A stretch of 64,000 bases of DNA from positions 16,832-80,831 of the forward strand of contig CAZLOI010000003.1 in NCBI GenBank assembly GCA_964561155.1, in the 5' to 3' direction. This DNA is from an uncultured Candidatus Saccharibacteria bacterium. GTDB lineage: Bacteria > Patescibacteriota > Dojkabacteria > J137. Below the pieces are notes generated by a model, which did not search any database, was not told where the DNA came from, and was given only the letters and a program-made list of their open reading frames with translations. Made by a program: the position numbers and the translations under genes. Numbering within the stretch: position 1 is the first letter of the stretch; each line of letters begins with the position of its first letter. This document shows, piece after piece, positions 55,019-64,000 of the stretch.

Positions 55019-56779
55019 CTATATCTCTAACGACTTAGTCGATACTTTTTCTTCTACATAGCTCACAAATTCATCAATACTCATATTTAAGCTATCTCCA
55101 GTTCTTTTCCTGATAGATAGGTTTCCTGATTCAATTTCTTTTTCTCCAATAACAATCATGAATGGAATCTTCTCTGCTTGAGCTTTTCTGATTCTGTTAC
55201 CCAAAGTCTCGTTCGCTGCATCAATCTTAATTCGTAATCCCTTCTTCCTTAATGTCTTTACAAGGTTTTCTGTATATTCCAAGTGATTCTCAGAAGATAT
55301 TGGAATTGCTGTAACTTGAGTAGGGGATAGCCATACTGGGAAAGCACCCATTGTTGATTCCATTAAGTATGCAATAAATCTCTGATATGAACCTAATATT
55401 GCTCTGTGAAGCATAACAGGAGTCTTTTGAGTACCATCGCTATCTGCATATTCCAAACCAAAATTCTTAGGCATAGCAAAGTCAATCTGAACTGTACCTA
55501 GCTGCCTATCATTTCCTAGCGCATCTTTAAGCATGAAGTCTATCTTTGGACCATACAATGCAGCTTCTCCAAGCCTTATCTGTCCATTTAGTCCCAACTC
55601 CTCATTAATCTTTGAAAGCATACTTTGAGCAGTATTCCAGTCTTCTTCAGATCCAATATACTTCTCAGGTGTTTCTGGATCTCTGAATGAAAGAGAAACC
55701 CAATGATTGCCCCACATTCCAAATGCTTTATAGAATTCTTCGATAATCTTAACAATCTTCAAAGCTTCTTCCTTAATCTGATCTGGTCTACAGAAAGTAT
55801 GTCCATCATCAACTTCGAATGAACTTGTTCTGTTAAGACCTCCCATTGATCCTGGTTTCTCGTCTCTATGCTGCTGTGTAGATTCTACATAGGCTATAGG
55901 TAAATCCTTGTAGCTTCTTGGTCTAGATGCGTAGATTTGAGTATGGTGAGGGCAGTTAACAGGCTTTAATACATATTCATTGTCGTAGTGACCTTTAACA
56001 TAGAATAGCTCTTCTCTAAATTTCTTTGCATGTCCTGATTTCTCGTACAGGTCTATTTTTGCCATATGAGGAATGTTTACCTCCATTGCTCCATATTCCT
56101 TACAGATATCCATTAAATGCTCTCGAAGAAGATTCTTGATGATAGTTCCGTTTGGCGTAAACATCACTAATCCCTTTCCAACCAAGTCGGAGAAGGCAAA
56201 AATATCCAACACTTCGTTAAGTTTTCTATGATCTCGTTTCTTTGCTTCTTCCAATGCTACCAAGTATTCATCAAGTTCGGCTTTTGCATTGAAAGCAGTA
56301 GCATAGATTCTTGTTAACATCTTGTTGGCTTCACTTCCTCTCCAATATGCTCCAGCTACAGACAATAGTTTGAAAGCACCAATTTCTTTTGATGGATTCT
56401 CAACATGACCACCTCTACATAGATCTGTATAGTTTCCAGATTTATAGAAAGTTAAGGATTGTCCTTCGCTAGCAAACTCATTAATTAGTTCTACCTTGTA
56501 TTCGTTATCTTTATATTCCTCAAGCGCTTGTTCCTTAGTAACTTCCTGTTTTTCAAAACTATTCCAGCTCTTTAGTATCTCCTTCATCTTTGCTTCAATC
56601 TTTGGGAAATCTTCCTCAGAAATCCTTACGTCTCCAAAATCAAAGTCATAGTAGAAACCATTGTCTATAGCAGGACCAATAGTTCTTTTTGTTTGTGGAT
56701 ATAGCTCCATAACAGCTGCTGCCAATAAATGGGCTGCACTATGTCTTAAATGATCTAAATACTCCTTATCGTTGTTCAT
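55019..56779 (-). CDS. thrS: Threonyl-tRNA synthetase lacking the N-terminal TGS domain
   Basis: Starts directly at the editing-domain motif HLRHSAAHLLAAAV...GFYYDF; class II catalytic core and anticodon-binding domain follow. Confidence 0.9.
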   Translation of the reverse strand: MNNDKEYLDHLRHSAAHLLAAAVMELYPQTKRTIGPAIDNGFYYDFDFGDVRISEEDFPKIEAKMKEILKSWNSFEKQEVTKEQALEEYKDNEYKVELINEFASEGQSLTFYKSGNYTDLCRGGHVENPSKEIGAFKLLSVAGAYWRGSEANKMLTRIYATAFNAKAELDEYLVALEEAKKRDHRKLNEVLDIFAFSDLVGKGLVMFTPNGTIIKNLLREHLMDICKEYGAMEVNIPHMAKIDLYEKSGHAKKFREELFYVKGHYDNEYVLKPVNCPHHTQIYASRPRSYKDLPIAYVESTQQHRDEKPGSMGGLNRTSSFEVDDGHTFCRPDQIKEEALKIVKIIEEFYKAFGMWGNHWVSLSFRDPETPEKYIGSEEDWNTAQSMLSKINEELGLNGQIRLGEAALYGPKIDFMLKDALGNDRQLGTVQIDFAMPKNFGLEYADSDGTQKTPVMLHRAILGSYQRFIAYLMESTMGAFPVWLSPTQVTAIPISSENHLEYTENLVKTLRKKGLRIKIDAANETLGNRIRKAQAEKIPFMIVIGEKEIESGNLSIRKRTGDSLNMSIDEFVSYVEEKVSTKSLEI

Positions 56780-56911
56780 ATTGTTTTATTAAGATTTAAT
56801 GAGATTATATTACAAGCTAAGACATTCCGAAAGCAGCTTTTGTAACTGCAATCCTCGACATTGAAACCTAATGATGTATAATTTTAAAATTAAGTTACCA
56901 AAATTTAACAT

Positions 56912-57655
56912 ATGCATCACGTAGAAGACGACAATACAAACCTAGGATTACAAGAAGTAGCGAAAGAAGGACAAGAACTCTTTTCAGAGCTTAATGGAAA
57001 GAAATACGCAAGATTCCCAGTTAAAACACATTTAATTCTAATCGATGAAGATCTAGACAAAGTAATAGAGAAGTATGCGATTCCTGAATATAGAGCAGGG
57101 GACATATTCTGCATTACATCTAAGGTTGTAAGCATAACTAAAGGTTTCTACGTTAAAGAAAGTGAGCTCAAAGTTACTTGGCTAGCAAGATTCCTTGTTA
57201 GATTCGTAAAGAAGACTCCAAATGATCCTGGATTTGCTCTTCCACAAAAGATTCAAGTTGCTATGAACGAAGTTGGAATTCTACGATTTATTTTCGCAAT
57301 GATTGGAGGAGTGGTGATGAAGTATATTTTTAGAAAACCTGGATATTTCTATATTCTTGCAGGACACAACATCAACGCTATCGATGGCTTTGTTCCTCAT
57401 ATGTATCCAGAACCTTTGAGAGGATATGGTTTCCTTGCTCCAAAGAATCCAGACGGAATCTGCAACGAAATAGAGCAGAAGTTTAGTATGCAAACAGCAA
57501 TGCTAGATGGAAACAATGTAGAAAATATTGTATTGGGGATGAGTGAGGGTCTTAAAAATCGATTTAGCAAAGAAGAGTTACTTCAGATATTAAATGGTAA
57601 CCCTCAAGGACAATCAGGTAATACACCAATATTGTTAGTTAGGGAAGTAGAATAG
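56912..57655 (+). CDS. CofE-like (F420-0:gamma-glutamyl ligase family fold) protein of unknown function
   Basis: GDIFCITSKVVSITKGFYV resembles the CofE family core motif (GD..vvsSKvVSkAEGR). Confidence 0.35.
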   Translation: MHHVEDDNTNLGLQEVAKEGQELFSELNGKKYARFPVKTHLILIDEDLDKVIEKYAIPEYRAGDIFCITSKVVSITKGFYVKESELKVTWLARFLVRFVKKTPNDPGFALPQKIQVAMNEVGILRFIFAMIGGVVMKYIFRKPGYFYILAGHNINAIDGFVPHMYPEPLRGYGFLAPKNPDGICNEIEQKFSMQTAMLDGNNVENIVLGMSEGLKNRFSKEELLQILNGNPQGQSGNTPILLVREVE

Positions 57656-57711
57656 GACGGAATAGCAGTTATCCACAAAGATAACATTGGCTACTCCTCT
57701 ACTTATCCACA

Positions 57712-59484
57712 TTAGTTCCTTGGAACGCCTAGAAGATCTTTGACTTCATTAAACATCTCTAACCATAGTGGCCTTACGTTATAGAAAGCAAGCAAGTCTC
57801 CTTCTGGAATCTGTGGTTTCTCAAGCATCACTATCATAGCGAAACTCCTCTCTGCAGAAATATCGTAACCTACAAATGAAGCGTTAATGTTTCCTGAATA
57901 TTGTCCATTCTCTACAACCAAAGCAGTTCCTGACTTAACACCTAAGTTATAGTTCTTGATACTGTCATATCCTGGTTCCCAAGATACCAAACTCTTTCCA
58001 TAGTTAATACCCATCATCATATCCATAGTATCTGCAGTCTCCTTCTTAATAACTCTTTCAACAACAACTGGTTTATATTCCTGAATAGTTCCATCTGCAT
58101 CGATAATCTTGTCTACAATCCTAGGTCTCATCCTTACACCATGATTCGCTATAGCTCCAACATACTCGATAGCCTGAACTGCGTTAACCTGATATCCGTG
58201 ACCGTATGAATACGCCGCAACATCTCCAAGGTTCCAATCCTCTGGTTTCTTTAAGATACCATATGAATCTCCTACACCAAGGTCAACTCCACTTGCTTTT
58301 CCTATACCAAATCCTGAAAGATAGTTATAGAAATCCTGTTTCTGCATAAGCTTTGAAATATGGTAGAAACATATATTGTCAGACTTGTTAAAACACTCCC
58401 ATGCTTTTAATGGACCTTGTGGCTTCTTGTCCCAAGTACATAGAGCTGCAAGATCTCCTGAAATCTCTTCACAACCATTGTGACCTTCTGGCTGAAGAAT
58501 TGTATCTGGGGTAACAACACCTAGATCTACTGCGGAAGCCAAAGTGATGATCTTTCCAATGGAACCTGCTTCATACGGTCTATTTATAGCAGCATTACCA
58601 AATTCTCCACCGTCTTTTCTGTCATTTGGATTGTAGTCTGGGTAGTTTGCTAAAGCTTTAATAGCACCAGTTTTAGGGTCAATGATAATAACAATTCCTG
58701 ACTGAGCTTCATATTTTTCAACACCTTCTTTAAGCTTTGCTTCAGCTTTTTGCTGTATCTTTTTGTCCAAAGTTAAATATACTGAGCTTCCATTCTTTGG
58801 TTCGATTGTAGGTAACAGTGCAGCTGTAACTGTTTGACCAATAGCGTCCAATTCACTTTGCAAGAAGCCCTTCTGAGGGTTTAAGATACCATTGTAGTAC
58901 TCCTCTACTCCACCTACACCGTAATATTCATCTGAGCCCATATTTGTTAACCCAACAACATGAGCAGCCAAACTTCCTTCTGGGTAGTATCTTTTCGAAG
59001 TTAGAATGTAGTCCCAACCAGATAGTTTTGAATTCGAATCTGACTCCTTCCTTAATTCTTTAATTTTTTTGTAGTTCTCGTAGGAAACTCCTTTTGCAAT
59101 TGGAATCCACGATATTCCTTCGGAATAGTATTCATTTATCTTTCCACTAATCTCGTTTTGTGGAATATTAAGTGTGATTGAAAACTTCTCAAGTAGCTCT
59201 GCTCTAGTTTGATTACCCTTCGTCTCTGCGATAATAAGGTCATTCATGTAGATATATATATCGAAAGATGGTTCGGAATATGCCAAGGTAGAGCCATCAC
59301 TTGAATAGATGGTACCTCGATAACTCTTTAGCTCAAACGTAGCTGCTCTACTCTTTGCATACTCAACAAACTTGGAAGCTTCAGCTACCTGCCACCTGAT
59401 AGAAAAAAGTGCTCCAACTACGAATAGGACTAAAAGGAGGGTGTGTATGAATCTAATTTTCTTCTGTACATTGTCTTTATTCAT
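57712..59484 (-). CDS. ftsI: Class B penicillin-binding protein / peptidoglycan D,D-transpeptidase (FtsI-like)
   Basis: N-terminal TM, dimerisation domain, transpeptidase SxxK SIGK, SGN-like and KSG(T) motifs. Confidence 0.8.
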   Translation of the reverse strand: MNKDNVQKKIRFIHTLLLVLFVVGALFSIRWQVAEASKFVEYAKSRAATFELKSYRGTIYSSDGSTLAYSEPSFDIYIYMNDLIIAETKGNQTRAELLEKFSITLNIPQNEISGKINEYYSEGISWIPIAKGVSYENYKKIKELRKESDSNSKLSGWDYILTSKRYYPEGSLAAHVVGLTNMGSDEYYGVGGVEEYYNGILNPQKGFLQSELDAIGQTVTAALLPTIEPKNGSSVYLTLDKKIQQKAEAKLKEGVEKYEAQSGIVIIIDPKTGAIKALANYPDYNPNDRKDGGEFGNAAINRPYEAGSIGKIITLASAVDLGVVTPDTILQPEGHNGCEEISGDLAALCTWDKKPQGPLKAWECFNKSDNICFYHISKLMQKQDFYNYLSGFGIGKASGVDLGVGDSYGILKKPEDWNLGDVAAYSYGHGYQVNAVQAIEYVGAIANHGVRMRPRIVDKIIDADGTIQEYKPVVVERVIKKETADTMDMMMGINYGKSLVSWEPGYDSIKNYNLGVKSGTALVVENGQYSGNINASFVGYDISAERSFAMIVMLEKPQIPEGDLLAFYNVRPLWLEMFNEVKDLLGVPRN

Positions 59485-59770
59485 ATAAAGCTACTTGATC
59501 TGAAGAATCAATCAAGTAATTAACATTTTTCTCAGTTAACTGATACTTCTCAGACACTGAAATACTTCCTGCTACACTTTTCTGTTTATTAATATCAGAA
59601 ATCAACATCTCGTTTTCTAATCTATAAAGTTCCTTCTGTACCCTTATCCTGTCGATCTCCTGTGATTTCGCACCTAGTACTGAAGTTGCAAGTATTTGAG
59701 ACATGAAGAATACAATACCTAGTATCGCATTAAGAACAATCATATTTTTATTTAGTATTCTAAAGTTCAT
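59477..59770 (-). CDS. ftsL: FtsL-like cell division protein
   Basis: 97-aa single-TM coiled-coil protein between rsmH and ftsI. Confidence 0.5.
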   Translation of the reverse strand: MNFRILNKNMIVLNAILGIVFFMSQILATSVLGAKSQEIDRIRVQKELYRLENEMLISDINKQKSVAGSISVSEKYQLTEKNVNYLIDSSDQVALYE

Positions 59771-60675
59771 GCTTGGTATTCGTAACAGAATAATTTAGCG
59801 CTTCTTGAGCTTAAATTTGCTAACAACTCTTCTACAGTTGGCCTTACTTCGAACGCTACTTCTTTAAACTTATCTGCAGCGGTTCTTTTGAAGTATTCTT
59901 TTACAAGTTTCTCTTCTCCTGAATGGAACGTTATGATCACAACTCTTCCTTTCTCGTTTAGAACCTTTTTTAAATCTTCTAAAGCAAGTTTTAGGTTATA
60001 CATTTCATTGTTAACCGATATTCTTAGAGCCTGATACACTTTAGACAGAAAACTCATTCGTTTAGATTTCTCTCTTACGCTATCAAACTTAAATGTCTTA
60101 TCAATCAGCTTATTTAAATCATCTACCTTGCTAAATAGTTTTCTTTTTCTTTCAATCTTTATAGCTTCAACTAGTTTCTTAAGAATTGATCCTTGGATGT
60201 CTGCATAATCGCTAAACATTTTTTCAAGCTCTTTGTTTCCAAGTCCATTTAATAAATCAGATGCCTTAACTCCATAACTCATATCTAATCGCATATCCAA
60301 TTCATCATCTTTGCTTAAGTAAGACAATCCCTCCATTCTTTCTAGCTGATCTGTTGCCCAGCCTAAATCGAATAGTATTCCATCTACCTTCGTTATTCCA
60401 TCTTCTTTAAGTGAATCTATTATTCTCTCCAGATTAGAAAAGTTCGCATTTCGTGCATAAATATGAACATTTCTAATCTCGGATGTTTCTTTAACAAAGT
60501 CATCTACATGCTTTTGATCTACATCTAAAGCTATTAGATTTCCTGTAGTTAGGTTATTAATTATCTCTTGCGCATGCCCTCCTTCACCAAGTGTACAATC
60601 AACATATGTACCAGAGTCCTTTACGTTAAGCAGCTCAATCGATTCCTTTTTTAATACTGGTATATGTTTTTTCAC
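59767..60675 (-). CDS. rsmH: 16S rRNA (cytosine1402-N4)-methyltransferase RsmH/MraW
   Basis: HIPVLKKESIELLNVKDSGTYVDCTLGEGGHAQEI. Confidence 0.9.
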   Translation of the reverse strand: MKKHIPVLKKESIELLNVKDSGTYVDCTLGEGGHAQEIINNLTTGNLIALDVDQKHVDDFVKETSEIRNVHIYARNANFSNLERIIDSLKEDGITKVDGILFDLGWATDQLERMEGLSYLSKDDELDMRLDMSYGVKASDLLNGLGNKELEKMFSDYADIQGSILKKLVEAIKIERKRKLFSKVDDLNKLIDKTFKFDSVREKSKRMSFLSKVYQALRISVNNEMYNLKLALEDLKKVLNEKGRVVIITFHSGEEKLVKEYFKRTAADKFKEVAFEVRPTVEELLANLSSRSAKLFCYEYQA

Positions 60676-61088
60676 AATCTTTCAGCTAAATCACTAACAT
60701 TGTTTTTTAAATTATCTAACTTCTCTTTCCACAACTCCTCTGACCAAACTTCAGCCCATTCCCCTACTCCTATAAATATTGCGGTGGTTAAAATCTGTGC
60801 AAAATTTATTAAGCTGTCTGGAATCACAAATCTACCTTGCGAATCCGTTTCAACTTCCACCGCTCCTCCTAAAAGATATCTTTTCGTGTCTCTGACACTT
60901 AAGTTTAGTAGTGGCTTGGTATTCATCTCCTTTATCAATACATTCCATCTTGTCTCGTCTACTAGAATAAGACATCCTTCATATCCTCTAGTAATAATCA
61001 TCCTGCCTTTGAGTTCATCCCTTATTTTCTTTGGTACAGCAATCCTATTTTTTTCACCAACTTGTGATGAATATTCTCCTAATAACAT
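60672..61088 (-). CDS. mraZ: Transcriptional regulator MraZ (start taken at MLLGEY...; ORF-track start 61151 is probably an N-terminal over-extension)
   Basis: Duplicated MraZ modules (GEKNRIAVPKKIRDEL and DSQGRFVIPDSL). Confidence 0.75.
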   Translation of the reverse strand: MLLGEYSSQVGEKNRIAVPKKIRDELKGRMIITRGYEGCLILVDETRWNVLIKEMNTKPLLNLSVRDTKRYLLGGAVEVETDSQGRFVIPDSLINFAQILTTAIFIGVGEWAEVWSEELWKEKLDNLKNNVSDLAERL

Positions 61089-61319
61089 TCTGGTGGATTT
61101 AGTCAAAACAGTTAAAAGTGCAATCTTTCTATGTTCACCACTAATCACCACATATCGCCAGTTTATGTGAAAACACTTTGAGTGTCAAGATTAATGCAGG
61201 AAAAATACTACAAGATGAAGGTAATTGAAGTATGAGAAAACATTAAAACTAAATAGAAATTACAAGAAGAATACAATTGTTATGGAGAAAATTAAGGGAT
61301 TTTAATTTTGATGTTGTAG

Positions 61320-63269
61320 CTACAATTCCCAAGTTCCGATATTTCGGAATCTTGTTTCAAGAGAATTAACATCAAACAAATCAATGTTTTTAATTCTGTT
61401 GTTTGCGTAGTATATGAATTCTGGGTGATACAAGAACACTACTGGAACATCATCTGCAAGTAAAGATTGAAATTCAAGATAGTTAGTTTTTCTTCTCTCT
61501 TTGTCTTCCAATGGATCAAGCTTCCTTGTATTCTCTAGAATCGAGTCAACCTTGGATACTCTAACCACAGTTCTATTTCCACTACCATCTGTTCCAACCT
61601 GTACAGTTTCTTCAGTACCTTTGTATCCTGAAAGGTTAAGCCCTGGAGTTTTTTCCTGACTACTATGAAATAGCTCATATCTATCTGGATCTATGAAGGT
61701 ATTCATTCCGTAAAGTATTACATCAAAAAGTCTTGGAGAAAGAAACTGATTATTAATTTCTTCTAGAGACCATCCTTCAGGTGCATCTGTTCCAGTTTCC
61801 TGTCCTGCCATTTCCCTTCTGTCTATAATTACTTTAATTCCAACCTCCTCTAGATCTCTTTGAATACTCTTACCAACGTTTAACCTATCAAAGCTGTCAA
61901 CAAAGTACAAACTAAAGCTCATTGTTTCTCCACTTGAATTTGTTCTATACAAATCATCTTCACCTCGAATTAACCAATCCGATGCATCTAGTAATTCAAT
62001 AGCCTTTTCTTTGTTGTACGTAGCCCAAGGAGCGCTAGCGTTAAAGAACTCTGACTTAGATGCAATTGGACCGAAAGCTTCCTCCCCAGCGCCTTGCAGA
62101 GCGTTTGTTACAAGCTCGCTTCTATCTGTAGCATATGAAATTGCTTTCCTTATATTCTTGTCTTGCAAGAATGCAGGCCCTATTGTACTTCCATCTGGCT
62201 TTGTTCTTAGGTTGAAGTATAACCCCCAGAATTGATTTACAAGAACTGGACTATTGAACTGATTAATGTTCTTGTACTTATCAATATCTTGATTGTACTG
62301 GGTTGTCGATGCAGCAAGTGTGTGAATAGCACCTGTTTCTAAAGCAGTTACTGCTTCCTCAAAACTTCTAAACATTCTAAACTGAATTCTCGAGAATGGT
62401 GGAACCTTTGTATTGTCGTAGTAGTTAGTGTTGTATGAAAGCACAACAGCAGCACTATCTATAGATGCAAATTTAAACAACCCAGTTCCAACAGGAGATC
62501 TAAATAATTCTGGTTGAGAACTATCAATATCTGCTGAATTAACATCGTCTGTTCTATGTGCTGGAATAATCTTAATCGCTATAAGTTCTAAAAAGTTTGA
62601 AAGAATTGGATTGTCGCTTGTTTCATTACAAGTAGAACTATTGTCAGCTCCCTTGGTACAGATTCTAATAGTATAAGGGTCAACAACTTCCCATCTCATC
62701 TGCTTAATAGCTTTAATATAAGCTTCGTTTCTATTTTCAATAGTTGATATTAACTCCAATGTTTTGGCAACATCTTCAGCTGTGAACGGAATACCATCGT
62801 GCCATCTGACAGTCTTTTTAAGACTGAATTGATAGTCTGCTCCTTCTCGAAATCTAATTACTTCAGCAGCCAATACATTTGTAATCTTTGGAACCCACAC
62901 TTCTCCACTTTGTTCATATTCAAACTTAATAAGAGGTTCATAAACAAGTTCAGTAATATCTCTTTCTAACTGAATTCCAGATGGAATTAGCGGGTTAATC
63001 TTATTTAATTTCTGCAAAGCTCCACTTGAATCCGCACCCATGACAACACCTTCAATCAATATCCCCTGTTCTGATCTAACAACACCTACTGAAAATAGGC
63101 CGATAACGAGAACAACAAGTATCGAAGAAAGGAAATGAGAGTTTGGAGTATGCCTTGAATAAATAGTTTCAGTTTTTCTATAGATAGCAGAAAGATAGTC
63201 AGGATAACTCCATACTATCTCCCTTATTCTGTAGAAGATTTTTTCTATAATTAGAAATATCTTAAGCAT
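61320..63269 (-). CDS. ABC transporter substrate-binding protein, family 5 (peptide/nickel type), N-terminally anchored
   Basis: N-terminal TM, about 600-aa SBP_bac_5-like domain. Confidence 0.65.
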   Translation of the reverse strand: MLKIFLIIEKIFYRIREIVWSYPDYLSAIYRKTETIYSRHTPNSHFLSSILVVLVIGLFSVGVVRSEQGILIEGVVMGADSSGALQKLNKINPLIPSGIQLERDITELVYEPLIKFEYEQSGEVWVPKITNVLAAEVIRFREGADYQFSLKKTVRWHDGIPFTAEDVAKTLELISTIENRNEAYIKAIKQMRWEVVDPYTIRICTKGADNSSTCNETSDNPILSNFLELIAIKIIPAHRTDDVNSADIDSSQPELFRSPVGTGLFKFASIDSAAVVLSYNTNYYDNTKVPPFSRIQFRMFRSFEEAVTALETGAIHTLAASTTQYNQDIDKYKNINQFNSPVLVNQFWGLYFNLRTKPDGSTIGPAFLQDKNIRKAISYATDRSELVTNALQGAGEEAFGPIASKSEFFNASAPWATYNKEKAIELLDASDWLIRGEDDLYRTNSSGETMSFSLYFVDSFDRLNVGKSIQRDLEEVGIKVIIDRREMAGQETGTDAPEGWSLEEINNQFLSPRLFDVILYGMNTFIDPDRYELFHSSQEKTPGLNLSGYKGTEETVQVGTDGSGNRTVVRVSKVDSILENTRKLDPLEDKERRKTNYLEFQSLLADDVPVVFLYHPEFIYYANNRIKNIDLFDVNSLETRFRNIGTWEL

Positions 63270-63495
63270 TTGTTAGTGCGATAGCTATCGCCAATCCTGC
63301 GAATAGGAATCCCAATACTAAAGTAGAGTTATATAATAAGCCTTCTAGTCCTCTTCTTGATCTATATGATTCTCCTCCAGATGAACCTCCAAAAACAGTA
63401 CCTAAACCACCGTTTCTGTTTTGTAATAAGATACTGATTGATAATAGCAACGCTACAACCGCTTCAGCATATTTGAATATTGTATTAAGCTCCAT
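63262..63495 (-). CDS. secG: Preprotein translocase subunit SecG
   Basis: 77 aa, two TMs, LLQNRNGGLGTVFGGSS matches the SecG signature. Confidence 0.75.
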   Translation of the reverse strand: MELNTIFKYAEAVVALLLSISILLQNRNGGLGTVFGGSSGGESYRSRRGLEGLLYNSTLVLGFLFAGLAIAIALTNA

Positions 63496-63627
63496 AATTT
63501 ATTTATAACTATCAAGATTTTAACTTAAAGTACTCAAAATGACCATTCTAGAATACTACATCAACTCAAATAGTTTTAGAATATGCATTGTTTGTAATAT
63601 AATCCGATATATTGTTAAAAACTATAT

Positions 63628-64000
63628 ATGCGAAAGGTTGGAGAGATAACATTTATTGCTGATTCAAAGTTTGCCATTGCCAAGACAACTGAGTTCCTAA
63701 TCCTAGGTTCCGAAGTTCTTGTATGCCAAGATATTAAGCTTCCAAATGAAGAGAATACATTTAGAATTCCAAAAGGAAAGCTTAAGGTTGTTATGCTTCA
63801 AGACGAGAACGTATACCTTCTCTCGATTGTAACAAAGAACAAAGCAGAAGATACTCATGACAATCAAACATTGATTCGAAGCTTAAGTATTTTCTCATCT
63901 CTTTTCCCAGAGAACACAGGAAGTACAGTTATTCCAGAGAACGATACCGAACTCGCTGAATACAGCGCGAAGCTTGAAGCTGCCAATCTTTCAGATATTA
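63628..64000 (+). CDS. Partial CDS (N-terminal 124 aa; continues past window end), hypothetical
   Basis: ATG 63628, open to the window edge. Confidence 0.3.
   Translation, partial: MRKVGEITFIADSKFAIAKTTEFLILGSEVLVCQDIKLPNEENTFRIPKGKLKVVMLQDENVYLLSIVTKNKAEDTHDNQTLIRSLSIFSSLFPENTGSTVIPENDTELAEYSAKLEAANLSDI

Overview
This is an AT-rich (about 35% GC), gene-dense window that looks bacterial and probably comes from a reduced-genome Candidate Phyla Radiation / Patescibacteria-like organism. That placement is inference from several signs seen in the sequence: almost no Shine-Dalgarno motifs upstream of genes, tRNA genes without encoded CCA, rplU and rpmA directly adjacent, a short archaeal-type AspRS, a ThrRS lacking the N-terminal TGS domain, and a truncated mraZ-rsmH-ftsL-ftsI block. 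Standard genetic code is assumed because TAA, TAG and TGA all terminate clearly recognisable genes.

Housekeeping content includes a DEAD-box helicase with an unusual N-terminal Arg/Ser/Gly-rich tail, ssb, murG, pgk, aspS, thrS, rplU/rpmA, ftsI, rsmH, mraZ, secG, an asnB-like gene, trhO, thpR, a YhaM-like HD exoribonuclease and an ABC transporter. Four tRNAs are present: Cys-GCA, Gln-TTG, Gly-CCC and Leu-TAA.

The accessory-looking content is the more interesting part:
- A roughly 10 kb cell-envelope island at 20.0-29.7 kb. It holds three tandem, mosaic paralogous secreted Thr/Ser/Ala/Gly-rich proteins, two DUF916-like C-terminally anchored surface proteins, a 521-aa Cys-rich secreted protein with a VirB2/TrbC-like C-terminal helical hairpin, and a translationally coupled NOX/ferric-reductase-like flavocytochrome.
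- A three-gene overlapping operon (36.5-37.4 kb to 35.0-35.6 kb, minus strand) encoding an FGE-sulfatase-fold protein, an LpxC-like zinc deacetylase and a standalone C39-like cysteine peptidase.
- An isoprenoid/regulatory cluster: polyprenyl synthase, two tandem XRE-HTH+GAF-like regulators, a UbiA prenyltransferase and an orphan multi-TM histidine kinase.
- A roughly 360-bp GC-rich cassette (about 52% GC) carrying a small ORF with the only strong Shine-Dalgarno in the window, which is a candidate horizontal acquisition.
- Tandem NUDIX-fold genes, one with a degenerate NUDIX box and one interrupted by an in-frame TAG.
- An EVE-domain gene next to a PRTase-motif protein.
- A GC-rich, inverted-repeat-bounded candidate structured RNA next to tRNA-Gly.

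All calls rest on reading motifs by eye. No database searches were run.
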